48,872 nt of DNA. Origin: Chrysochromulina tobinii. Lineage: Eukaryota. The stretch lies in the NCBI GenBank assembly GCA_001275005.1, contig JWZX01003070.1, positions 1 through 48,872 on the forward strand. Direction: 5' to 3'. The translations under genes and the position numbers were made by a program. Under the pieces are notes generated by a model. The model saw only the letters and a program-made list of their open reading frames with translations. It made no database searches and was not told the DNA's origin. Below are positions 1-9,597 of this stretch, one piece after another (position 1 is the stretch's first letter; each line of letters starts with the position of its first letter).

Positions 1-84
1 GACGCTGAAGACGATGAGGACACCCCCTGGGTGTGCCCACCATGCGTTCTGGCGGGGGGTGAGGACGACGTGGATGATGATTGA
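1..84 (+). CDS. 3' end of a gene entering the window; possible PHD/zinc-finger C-terminus (DAEDDEDTPWVCPPCVLAGGEDDVDDD*)
   Basis: Frame 1 is open from base 1 to TGA at 82-84. WxCxxC resembles the last ligand pair of a PHD finger. Only 27 codons are visible. Confidence 0.45.
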   Translation, partial: DAEDDEDTPWVCPPCVLAGGEDDVDDD

Positions 85-442
85 TCGTGAGCAAGCAACA
101 CCGTCACCGATGTGGACTGGGACTGGGCCGCTGGACGCTAGGGAACTGTGGGCGCCCGACGCGAGCGGGGCCGGCCCGCCCTAGCTTGTGTCCTTTGTCG
201 TGTCCACGATTCGGCAGTCCTCGCGGCTCTCGGGCATGTCACGAACGATCGTGGGTCTCGAATTCGGCAGGCAGCTCGTCAGCTCTCCTTTTGCGCGCGT
301 GTCACGTAATGATCGTGAGTCTCGAAGACTCGAACAGAACATGTGACACAATTTTATAACAACATGAGGACACACATTAGGACATTTCAGATTTCTTCTA
401 CATCGCATGCTCTCGCGGCGTTATCGCGGCGTCATGCACCGT

Positions 443-1849
443 TCATGCTGGCGCCTGCCGCCCACGCTTCGCTGGCCGTCGCTCGGCCACGAGACCCTCG
501 GTCGACCCGCCACCGCCACTGCTGTGCGCGCTCTCAGCCGGGCGCGGCGCGACGATGAGCACGTTCGCAAACACAAGGCAACGAAGGAGTACCATGAGCG
601 ACGCTGTCGTGAGCGCTGTCTTGCGCACGAGCTCAGTCAGGCACGAGACTGTCGCTCGGCCATCGGCGATCAGCCTCGCAAGCGCCGGCTGCAGCTGCGC
701 ATCGCACACGACGGCGAACCGCAGGTAGTCCATCGCGCTGAGTGGAGAGCTCGCCAGCAGTCGGACCACTAGTGCCGTGCCGTCGCGCACACTCAGCGAG
801 ATGGCGACCATCTTCGAGATCACTACCTCGTCGCTCGAGATCAAAGCCGAGCGCGATGAGAGGCAGCCACGCGCCTCGAGCCACCCAATCGAGGCGCCGC
901 GGTTGAGCCCATCCGAGTGTGCAGGCTCGCACGGCAGCGGCCGCGGCACGGGGCAGAAGACGAGAGTCTCCCGAAGGAGCGTCGCGGCCGATAAGTCACC
1001 GGCAGCGCCCACGACAGCGCCGTGAAGATCGGGAGCCAGCACCGGGCCCATGGGCAGCATCAGGCCGCTATCTGGCCCAAACAATGAGCGTAGGCTCGAG
1101 CTGCCGCGATCGCCGCCGCCGAGCTGGGCGTATATGGCCTCGCACAGCCACTTTCCCGCGCTCAGGTGACCCAGGCGCACATCGATGCTCAGGCTATTTC
1201 CCACAACGGGCGTGACGCGGTGCCAGTGCCCTGGCGGCAAGTACAGCAGCGAGCCGGCGATGAGATCGAAGCGTTCGGCGCCTGTGAAGCCCTGCGGCAC
1301 GGCGCGGGCCAACGAGTCCTTTTCCGCGAGCTGCTCTGCACGGTTGCGCGCTCTGTCAAAGAGGCCGCGCGAAGTGACGTCGGCGGTGGCGGGCTTGGTG
1401 GCTGCCAGATGCTGCCACTCTTTTGAGCCACGCAGCTGAATGGTGAAGTTGTGCACCGCGTCGCAGTGCCACTCGGCCACGTCGCCGCCCGTGCGCGAGA
1501 TGTACAGCCCGACCTCGATATCATTTACTCGCTCGCCGCACGCGTCAACAAAGGCGGCCTCTAGCTCTTGGGCGCCACGTGAGAAGCAGTAGGGCAGGTT
1601 GAGCGTGACACCGCTCGTTTCAAGATCGCGCTCCATTTCATCACGCTCCTCGGGTGTGTACCGTGCATTGTCCGCCTTGCGGCACGCGCAGAGCAGCTCG
1701 GCTGTATCGCCATCCTTGAAGCCGTCAAGCAGGCACTCGAGCAGCTCCTTGCCGAGTGCCCGCGAGTACGGGCGCTGATTCCAGTGGTCTCGCAGAAAGG
1801 CGGGCCAGTCGGGAATGAGATCGGTGATGTGAAGAGCGCCTGCAGCCAT
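443..1849 (-). CDS. JmjC/cupin 2-oxoglutarate-Fe(II) oxygenase, ribosomal oxygenase (RIOX/ycfD)-like
   Basis: HxD...H iron triad in WHCDAVHNFTIQLRGSKEW and LLYLPPGHWHRV. N-terminal FLRDHWNQRP is typical of Cupin_4 proteins. Intronless, 468 aa. Confidence 0.85.
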   Translation of the reverse strand: MAAGALHITDLIPDWPAFLRDHWNQRPYSRALGKELLECLLDGFKDGDTAELLCACRKADNARYTPEERDEMERDLETSGVTLNLPYCFSRGAQELEAAFVDACGERVNDIEVGLYISRTGGDVAEWHCDAVHNFTIQLRGSKEWQHLAATKPATADVTSRGLFDRARNRAEQLAEKDSLARAVPQGFTGAERFDLIAGSLLYLPPGHWHRVTPVVGNSLSIDVRLGHLSAGKWLCEAIYAQLGGGDRGSSSLRSLFGPDSGLMLPMGPVLAPDLHGAVVGAAGDLSAATLLRETLVFCPVPRPLPCEPAHSDGLNRGASIGWLEARGCLSSRSALISSDEVVISKMVAISLSVRDGTALVVRLLASSPLSAMDYLRFAVVCDAQLQPALARLIADGRATVSCLTELVRKTALTTASLMVLLRCLVFANVLIVAPRPAESAHSSGGGGSTEGLVAERRPAKRGRQAPA

Positions 1850-2385
1850 CGTCGTGATTAGCGCCTGCAGCTTGGGGATTTAGATGTCCGTGGATACGCG
1901 GGCGGTCTGCGTCCAAAAAGAAGGCCTGTGGACACGAGGACCGCGTATCACTTCATCGTTCGTGCCCGCGCGGTTTCGCAGCGGCGTCCAGGATTAGGTG
2001 TGAACTGACTGTTGAGCAAGCATTACTCCCCGTCAAGACTCCACGGAAAGACTTCCGCTCCGAGTTCGACTACTTGTCACTTGTGTTCCAATGGTCACGA
2101 ATCACTGAAGAGTAGGACCGTGCCGTGGAACGAGTCCTTCGCGGTGTGTGTTGCTTCAGAGGGCAATCCCGTGTTCAGATTGTACCGTTTACGTGTTGTG
2201 TGTATAATGAACAGATTGTGAGCGAGGGGTCGGCGCTCAATTGAGCGATCAGCGGGGGAGATGAAATTTCCTGCTCGAGGGACAATCAATAAGTCGTCAC
2301 TCCATGTGGAGGCTCGGGGCGAACAAGTTTGATTGCAATCCCCATCTTCTTGCTGTCTTGAGAAAGTTCGCCTTCGTGTGACGCG

Positions 2386-3617
2386 ATGGAGCACGACTGG
2401 TCGGCCCTGCTGCCGCCCACCTGGAAAGAGGAGGTCATCCACTGGATCCAGCAGGACATCCCCAAGTGGGACGTCGGCGGCTTCGTCGTCGGGGATGCGC
2501 CGCACTACGCGATGCTGCTCGGCAAATCGGAAGGCGTGCTTGCCGGCGTGCCCTTTGCCAACTTTGTCTTTGAGTACGTGGGTCTCACCGTCGAGTGGCT
2601 CAAGCCTGAAGGGCACTACATCACCGCGGAGGAGGCCGCCGCAAAGACGCCCGTCGCCAAGGTCTCAGGCCCGACGCGCAAGCTGCTGGTCGCCGAGCGC
2701 ACGGCGCTCAACACTCTGGCGCGCTGCTCGGGCGTGGCGAGCGCCGCGCACGCGGCAATGGGCATCGCACGGGAGCACGGCTGGCACGGAAAGGTAGCGG
2801 GTACTCGCAAAACCACGCCGGGCTTCGGCATCGTCGAGAAGTACGGGCTCCTCGTCGGTGGCGCCGATACGCACCGGATGGACCTGTCGAACATGGTGAT
2901 GCTCAAGGACAACCACATATGGTCGACGGGCAGCATCACAGCCTCGGTGGCCAAGGCTCGCGCCGCGTGCGGTTTCTCGACCAAGATCGAAGTCGAGTGC
3001 ACCTCCGAGCAGGACGCGTGCGAGGCGTGCACCGCGGGCTGCGATATCATCATGCTCGACAACTACGCTCCTGCGGAGCTCAAGCAGGTCGCGGCGCGCG
3101 TCAAGCAGCGCTGGCCGCACGTGATCATCGAGGCGAGCGGCGGGATCACGAGCGCCACCATGCCTGCCTTCTTCAGCGAGCACGTCGACATCATTAGCCA
3201 GGGCGCGCTCACCCAGGGCTACGGCGTCGTCGACTTCAGCTTGAAGGTACCCAAACCAGCCGTCTTCCAGGCGCGCAAGCGGGGGGGTCTCACCACGGCG
3301 CTTCGACTCCCCCCCTCTCCCCACAGGTACCCAAACCAGCCGTCTTCCAGGCGCGCAAGCGAGCCGAGGAGCCGGCATTCGACCTCAAGGCGCTCAAGGA
3401 GCAGGAGGCGGCGGAGATGAAGAAGAAGATTGAGGAGAACGCTCTCAAGGCCAAGCAGAAGGAGAAGGAAGAGGACGAGAGAATCGCCAAGATGCAGGCG
3501 CTCGAGGCCCAGGGCGTCAAGGTGGCGGGCGGCATGCACAAGTTTGACGCGTCCGAGGTCGACGTGCATGGCGGCAACGCGACGGCCGACGATTTTTTGG
3601 ATGCCTTTGGCATGTGA
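2386..3617 (+). CDS. QPRT: Nicotinate-nucleotide pyrophosphorylase (quinolinate phosphoribosyltransferase) with a C-terminal extension; exons 2386-3246 and 3327-3617
   Basis: Motifs AERTALN, GTRKTTPG, HRMDLS, LKDNH, IEVE, IMLDN, EASGGI, DFSL. A GT..CAG intron (3247-3326) with a pyrimidine tract joins in frame to ORF 3417-3617. Confidence 0.93.
3247..3326 (+). other. 80-bp phase-0 spliceosomal intron with a 37-bp direct repeat across its two junctions
   Basis: AAG|GTACCC...ctccccccctctccccacAG|GTACCC. 3245-3281 is identical to 3325-3361. Confidence 0.85.
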
Positions 3618-3972
3618 GTGGTTAGTGTCTGAGTGGCGCCGGACTCGGGACTGTAGTGCGGAGGACCACAAACGAAGAGAACATTGAGAAAATCGAAGTC
3701 GGGGGTGCGGCGCATATGTTCTAGTACGTCGCGGAAAAGGAGCATTTCGACGGTTTCCGATTTCGTTTCCCTATCGTTTCCCGCGTTAAGGGGCAAATCG
3801 CATGATCCCCTACGCTCTAGATGTGCCATAGACGGCGATCGCGCAGCGCGGCGCGCGGTTTTTCGACAGACGACACCCGGCTCACGGGCATGAATTCACT
3901 TGAGAGTTTTCTGGTTGTATTTCATGTATCTCGTGTTCCGTCTCCTTCCCCCGTCCTGTGCGTGACCGTTTC

Positions 3973-4024
3973 ATGTATCTTGATGTATCTTGATGTATCT
4001 TGATGTATCTTGATGTATCTTGAT
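3973..4024. repeat. 10-bp tandem repeat (TGATGTATCT), about 5 copies
   Basis: Directly visible; no spacers. Confidence 0.95.
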
Positions 4025-4099
4025 AGGACACATCGAAATAAGCAAGCGTGCATGTCGGTAACACCGCGTCGAGGCGTATAAGAGGCGTCCCCCATCAGG

Positions 4100-5308
4100 A
4101 TGCAATTTGCTGTGACAAGCTCCAGCGCTGATCCGGAGGTAGTTCCAGCGGACGCAGCGACGGGCCTATTCAAAGGGATGTGGATGGAGATTGCGGGGCT
4201 CCAAGGCTGCCTGGACTTGAATGGGGCGATAGTGGAGTTAGTATCCTGGTTGCCAAAGCTAAAGCGCTGGTCGGTGTTCGTCATCCATACGATTCCTCTG
4301 GAACTTACTGCTGTGAGGCCGGAGAATCTGGCCACAGTCGGCAGCCAGCCCCCTGCAGTATACGAGTCACACCGACGTCTGCTCATGGCAGAGTGCGTGC
4401 AGTGGTCTGTTGGGGAGGCTCTGGAGCGTGAAGACGCCGACCGCGCCGAGCGGCGACGCCGACAGATTGAAGATGAGGCCGACCGGCGACGCTTACTTAC
4501 TGAAGCAAGATTCTTCGAGGTCAGAGATGCTGCGGCCCGAGCAAAATCGGCGGATCGTACAACTGATCTCACTTCTGACGTTCTTGTGGCCGTGTGCTAC
4601 TTTCTGGATCGGAGTCACTTAGGCCGGTTGCTTTTCGTTTGCAAAGCTTGGAGTGTTGCCGCTCGCGCTGCTGCATATGATCCAACCTGGCAGCTGGCCA
4701 TGCTTTCTGCCGACGAGTTCAAGCGCTATATCGTCCGTAGCAATGCTCTGCCAATCTCTCTCACCACGCGGCAGCGCTGGGTGCATGTAAATGCCAAGCA
4801 ACTAACCCTAATTCTTAGCGCGCAGGAAGCCAAGGCAGCGGGCTTCACGGTCGTGCAGATGAAGGCTGCTGGCTATCGATCATACCAGTGCAACTTGGCG
4901 GGCTTCTCGCTTGAAGAGCTAACCGATGCAGGGCACCTGGGACCCGGTACTCATACAGCGCGGGAAGCCAAGGCGGCGGGCTACACGATTGAACAAATGA
5001 AGGCTGCTGGCTATGATGCATACCAGTGCAAGTTGGCGGGCTTCTCGCGTGAAGAGCTAACCGATGCAGGGCACCTGGGACCCTTCACTCATACAGCGCA
5101 GGAAGCCAAGGCGGCGGGCTTCACGATCAAGCAGATGAAGGCTGCTGGCTATCGACCATACCAGTGCAAGGTGGCGGGCTTCTCCTTCGAGGAGGCAAGC
5201 AGAGCAGGATTCGTGACGTGGGGAAGTCAACGTCGCGACTTCTGGTTCTCAACCGGAATGTATGCCGGTAGGGGGCTTGATCAGATCGGTCGGACTTATG
5301 ACTGGTGA
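4100..5308 (+). CDS. Protein with an N-terminal SH3/KOW-like module, an F-box-like motif and C-terminal 46-aa KAAGF/Y repeats
   Basis: IAGLQGCLDLNG...RWSV...VRPENL module; F-box-like DLTSDVLVAVCYFLDRSHLGRLLFVCKAW; 138-bp repeat units anchored at 4825, 4963 and 5101. Confidence 0.65.
   Translation: MQFAVTSSSADPEVVPADAATGLFKGMWMEIAGLQGCLDLNGAIVELVSWLPKLKRWSVFVIHTIPLELTAVRPENLATVGSQPPAVYESHRRLLMAECVQWSVGEALEREDADRAERRRRQIEDEADRRRLLTEARFFEVRDAAARAKSADRTTDLTSDVLVAVCYFLDRSHLGRLLFVCKAWSVAARAAAYDPTWQLAMLSADEFKRYIVRSNALPISLTTRQRWVHVNAKQLTLILSAQEAKAAGFTVVQMKAAGYRSYQCNLAGFSLEELTDAGHLGPGTHTAREAKAAGYTIEQMKAAGYDAYQCKLAGFSREELTDAGHLGPFTHTAQEAKAAGFTIKQMKAAGYRPYQCKVAGFSFEEASRAGFVTWGSQRRDFWFSTGMYAGRGLDQIGRTYDW
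4817..5200 (+). repeat. 138-bp coding tandem repeat, about 2.7 copies
   Basis: GGAAGCCAAGGC anchor at 4825, 4963 and 5101. Confidence 0.9.
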
Positions 5309-6418
5309 TGCTGCCCTGCAGTGAGTGATGCGGCGCAAACGAGTCGCGGCACGCCCGGCGCGTGTACGAGTCGATCGCCCTGCTCGCTTGCTCGTGCTCG
5401 TGCTCGTCATCGCTCTCGCCCTTGCCTCCTGAGTGTGCACGTGCGTTGTCGCCACCGCGGGTGTTGTGGTGCATACCCAACGACAATCGTCGCTGCAGTT
5501 TGTGTCATTGTGTGGGGGTTTCATCGATGGTACGTGACTGTGTCTGCGAGGGGGGCAGAGGTGATCCACAGGGGGATACGCGTTCCCCCCGGGGCGTGTG
5601 TGTCTAAAGGAGTAGGTCAGTAGGACGGAGAGGACGGACCCAGAGGTCGAAAGCTGTTACCGTGTTACGTGATTACTCGTACCGGGGTACCGTCCTGGTT
5701 AGACACTCTAGTATAGTACCTCCTTAAAGACACTGTAAGTTCTAAGTATCCGTTCGCCGTCTAGTGACTAGTCGTCTCGCGTGTTGTCCGTGTGGGTTGG
5801 GGCTTGCTGGGCCGGTTGCGCGCCGCGTCAGGACGTCTCGTGCCGCGTGTGCCGTGTGTCGTTAGGGCCGCGGGTCGAGGCCGCGGGGGCGCCGTCCGGT
5901 GCGCTCCGCTCGTATCGTCGTTGGTTCGCCGGGGCGCGACCGGAGCGACCCGCACAGGCCGGCCGCGGGCGAGCGACGCGGGGGCCCGGGCCGCCGGGAG
6001 CGTGTCGGATCCGGCATGATGCGGATCGCTGACCCTCGCCGCTCGCGGCTTTGTTACTTTCGAAAGCACGCGTTACTTTTCACGCACGACCCGAATGCCG
6101 AAAACGCCAAACGGAACCGGCGCGGGGGACGAGCCCAATTACTGTGACTCTGTGACCTGCGCGGCAGTGCCAGTGGCGGGGCACGCGGGGTCTCGCTCTC
6201 GGTTCTGTGGCCGATCCTCACGCAGGCATCTCGCGCCGCGTTACGTGTGTGTGGCATCAGATACTTAGTTTCGTCTTTGCGTCGCCTCTCGTCCTTCGTT
6301 GGCTCAAAGCTCTTATTACCTGCGCCGTAGACAGCCTAATTCGCAGCAGGCCTTTAAAGGCCCTGCGCTGCACCCTCGCGCTCGATCGGCCGTGCACGGC
6401 ACGGCACGATCGGGTCGA

Positions 6419-8641
6419 TCAGATGATGTGGAAGCCCTCGGTGTCGACGATGGCCTTCAGGAGCTGGTCCTTGAGCTTCTCCTTGCTCTTGTACTCGGGC
6501 AGGAGCAGGTGGTTGAAGCACGTGTGCGCGCTCGGGAGCCGCTCCTCGTCCGTGCCGTTGCGGCTGATGACGAAGTTGAGGTTGCCCAGACCCTTGATCG
6601 GCACGCGGTCGGAGCCGGTACAGAAGAAGAGGAAGCGCTTCTTCATCTCAAAGGAGAGCGCGTGGATGACCTCCCACATGAGGCGGACGGTAGGGTGCTC
6701 GCGCGAGAAGCCGTCGTCGTACTGCGCGACGCGCTCAAAGGCCTCGAAATCGAGCACTGGCGAGCCACAGATCAGAAGCTCGAGTTCCTCCCACCGAAAG
6801 AGCTGCAGGCACTCGCCGCCGCACACGAGGTGGAAGCCGCGCTGGAAGGAGCCAAACTGGCGCGCGATCGAGTCGTCGAGGAGGTACTGCACGTACAAGC
6901 GCACGTACTCGTCGCGGTTGGCGAGCGTGACGGCCACGTTGCCGCCGTTGAGCACGAGGTCGAACGTCTTCTGCTCGCCCCATTGCTCAAAGGAGACTTG
7001 CATCACCAGCCCGAGAGAGTCGATGTCGTCGTCGCTCTGCATGTCGAGCAGCTGCTGGAAGGAGCGTGCGAGAAGCGGGAAGGCGATCGCGAGGTCATCG
7101 AGCCCGACGGGCTGGCCCATAAGCTTCTTGTACACAATGTGCGGGAAGCGAGCGTCGAGCACGACGCCGTTGTAGATGGCGGCGCCGAGGATCATGCCAA
7201 TGAGCTCGAACTCGCGCTCATTCTCGAGCGACGCCCGATTGAACCAGAAGAAGCGCGACTCGTCGTCGTACACGAACATGCCGTACGAGACGTCAAAGAT
7301 CTTGGCGAAGATGAGCTGGAAGAACTCCTTCTGGATGCCGCCCTCGTCGATGCCGTCCTCGCCCACGAACTGCACCTTGAGGGGCTTCTTTAGATCCTCC
7401 TTGTGCAGCCCCATCTGTAGCAAGGTATCGGAGATGAGGTGCGAGCGGCGCACTTTGATGACGAGGTAGGGCGAGGTGGCGCCCACGAAGAGCGAGCGCA
7501 GGATCGCGCCCTCGAACTCGTGCGTCATCTGCGCGGTCGCATCGTACATGAGCACGCGCGACTTTGAAGCAGGCTCGAGGACGAACGGGTGGTCGCAAAA
7601 GGAGAACTCGCCGCGTGCCGACTTCCATCGCCGGTAGTCCTCCTTGAGATTGACCTCGAGGTTGATCGCGTCGTTGTAGAAGCGGCGGTAGTCCAGTGCC
7701 TCCGAGGGCTTGCGACGGCCGACGGCCATAGCCGCCTCGTTGGCGTCATACAGCTGGCCGAGCACGCGCGTGGCAGCGATGACCGCGTCATCAATGCGCT
7801 GCGTGTGGCAGAGGCGCACTGTCAGGAACTGCTGGCACACGGCGACCATCTGCTCCATCTGGCGCGTGGGCAGCAGCGACCACCAGCTCGAGAGTCGGTC
7901 GGCGATCGGTGGTGGCAGCTTCTCTATGAGCGAGAGCAGCGGCAGCAGCACCTGCTTGTGGTACTGCGGCTCGAGCAGCAGCGGGTTGAGCAGCAGGATG
8001 ACGAACTGGCGCAGCTGCGTGCCGTCCGAGACGACGGTGGGCTGCGCGAGCTGTGCGAGCTGCAGCTTGCAGAGCAGCGACTCCGTCGCGTTCATGAGCG
8101 CTCCGAGCACCTCCGCGGACTGCAGCCGCAGCATCTCGCAGTACGCCTCGCCGATGGCCGCCGTCTCGAGCCCGTGCGTCTCCTCGACTTCGACGTGCAG
8201 CGCCTTCGCGAGCGTCTCGCGTTCCGCGTCGGACTGCAGAAAGGAGCGGTTGAGCGCGTCCGCGTTTGAGAAGACAGATGAGACCTCCTTGGTCAGCAGC
8301 CCGAGCTTTCCAGTGCGCATCGCGTCGGCAACGAGCTCCTGCACCAGCTCGATGTGCAGGAAAGGCGGCTCCTCATCGCATAGGTGGTGCACGGCGCCCT
8401 GCGCAAGCTCGAGGCTGCGCAGCGCGGCGGCCGTGCGGTCGAGCTGTCCCGGCCCGTCGGCGCATGAGAAGCAGTATCGGTTTGGGCAGCCCTTGCGCCC
8501 GCAGCCCTGGGTCAGCTGCATGAAGTACCGGCGGACCAAATTGGAGCCGCGCTCACGGTCGGTCATTGCTGCCGCTGGGAGCTCCACGGATGTGCCGGAG
8601 GCTGCGGCCCCAGCAGCGCTGCGGCGGCTCTGGCTCGACAT
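6419..8641 (-). CDS. UBE3A: HECT E3 ubiquitin ligase, UBE3A/E6AP-like, with an N-terminal AZUL zinc finger
   Basis: RYFMQLTQGCGRKGCPNRYC (AZUL); FVGEDGIDEGGIQKEFFQ; catalytic LPSAHTCFNHLLLPEY; C-terminal EGF-hydrophobic end. Confidence 0.92.
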   Translation of the reverse strand: MSSQSRRSAAGAAASGTSVELPAAAMTDRERGSNLVRRYFMQLTQGCGRKGCPNRYCFSCADGPGQLDRTAAALRSLELAQGAVHHLCDEEPPFLHIELVQELVADAMRTGKLGLLTKEVSSVFSNADALNRSFLQSDAERETLAKALHVEVEETHGLETAAIGEAYCEMLRLQSAEVLGALMNATESLLCKLQLAQLAQPTVVSDGTQLRQFVILLLNPLLLEPQYHKQVLLPLLSLIEKLPPPIADRLSSWWSLLPTRQMEQMVAVCQQFLTVRLCHTQRIDDAVIAATRVLGQLYDANEAAMAVGRRKPSEALDYRRFYNDAINLEVNLKEDYRRWKSARGEFSFCDHPFVLEPASKSRVLMYDATAQMTHEFEGAILRSLFVGATSPYLVIKVRRSHLISDTLLQMGLHKEDLKKPLKVQFVGEDGIDEGGIQKEFFQLIFAKIFDVSYGMFVYDDESRFFWFNRASLENEREFELIGMILGAAIYNGVVLDARFPHIVYKKLMGQPVGLDDLAIAFPLLARSFQQLLDMQSDDDIDSLGLVMQVSFEQWGEQKTFDLVLNGGNVAVTLANRDEYVRLYVQYLLDDSIARQFGSFQRGFHLVCGGECLQLFRWEELELLICGSPVLDFEAFERVAQYDDGFSREHPTVRLMWEVIHALSFEMKKRFLFFCTGSDRVPIKGLGNLNFVISRNGTDEERLPSAHTCFNHLLLPEYKSKEKLKDQLLKAIVDTEGFHII

Positions 8642-9367
8642 TTCGAGCGAAGTTGCCCTAGGAACCTCCAGGTTAAAACGTCGATCGTGAACACTGCACG
8701 TTCACGCGGACGCTTTTATCGTGAAAACGTGACCTTTTATAGGAGATATCAGGATGGATCACTGCCAGCCCGCTATTCAAACTTAAGGCTTTTTGGATTT
8801 TGCCATGTGGGGAGGTTCTCATACTTCGATGTTTCGCTCTGTCGAATGTAGATGCTTGCGAAGTTGCGATACATAGTTTGGCGACGGGGAGCTTTGGCAC
8901 AGTGGCGGCCAGATGCCCGGCGGCATGCTCGGTGGTGTGGTGCTGCAGGTGCTCGCGCAGACTTGATTGGAAATATTAACTCTCACCTCCACTGCTACAT
9001 GTAGCCTCGAGAGGTCGAGAGCTTGAGAGCACAACAGCACATTCCCAGGGAGCACATTGTTTCGATGGGCTTCCTTTAGGTTGTCTGTTGTTTATGAAGT
9101 AGCTTGAACTTGAACTCACGGATGGGAAGTTTTCTCAGCGAAAAAGCCCCGAGAGCTGGCCAAAGGCCAAGCTCTGAGTCCCAGAGAGTACCCAGTCAGA
9201 GAGTCCACGTCTCGTCTATGAGCGAGTGTCGACTGTCGTACTTGGCGCGAGGGGCGATGGGTGCTGGCGGTGCGGTCTGGCGGTCGGATGTCGTCGTGTT
9301 GTATTAACTTTCATGTATACTAACTATCGTGCTGAATGGAAGTCTGGATCCACCTTCAGTGTTCGGC

Positions 9368-9413
9368 ATGTGGCTCGCCGTTCTTGTCAGATGTGGCTCG
9401 CCGTTCTTGTCAG
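9368..9413. repeat. Perfect 23-bp tandem duplication (ATGTGGCTCGCCGTTCTTGTCAG x2)
   Basis: Directly visible in intergenic DNA. Confidence 0.9.
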
Positions 9414-9597
9414 CTGTCGTTCGCTGCGGTCACCGGGATGATTTTGGATCAACATGATTGCGGCACCTCGCCCGCACGAGGCCGCAGGGCCTCATTCAGC
9501 CGCCAGTCGCCCTCGGCGACGCACCACGCCCCTCCCTTGCCAAACGGAGCCCCGACTGCGCGCGGGTGGCAGTCTGCACTACGAAAGTCTGATCACG

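Noticed and set aside
1893..1949. Imperfect hairpin GATACGCGG...CCGCGTATC upstream of the JmjC gene
   Set aside because: Short and single-copy; no TSD or known RNA family is evident.
5571..5606. Hairpin GGGGGA..TCCCCC followed by CTAA as a Helitron 3' end
   Set aside because: No Rep/helicase, no identifiable 5' TC end, and the terminus is not followed by the expected T target context.
4100..8641. Adjacent F-box-like and HECT genes as a ubiquitin cluster
   Set aside because: F-box proteins act with cullin-RING ligases rather than HECT ligases; the genes are convergent, and adjacency is probably chance.
6207..8690. Long plus-strand ORFs (322, 364, 226 and 326 aa) opposite the HECT gene, and similar shadows throughout the window
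   Set aside because: Antisense or off-frame artefacts of high-GC3 coding DNA, with no motifs.
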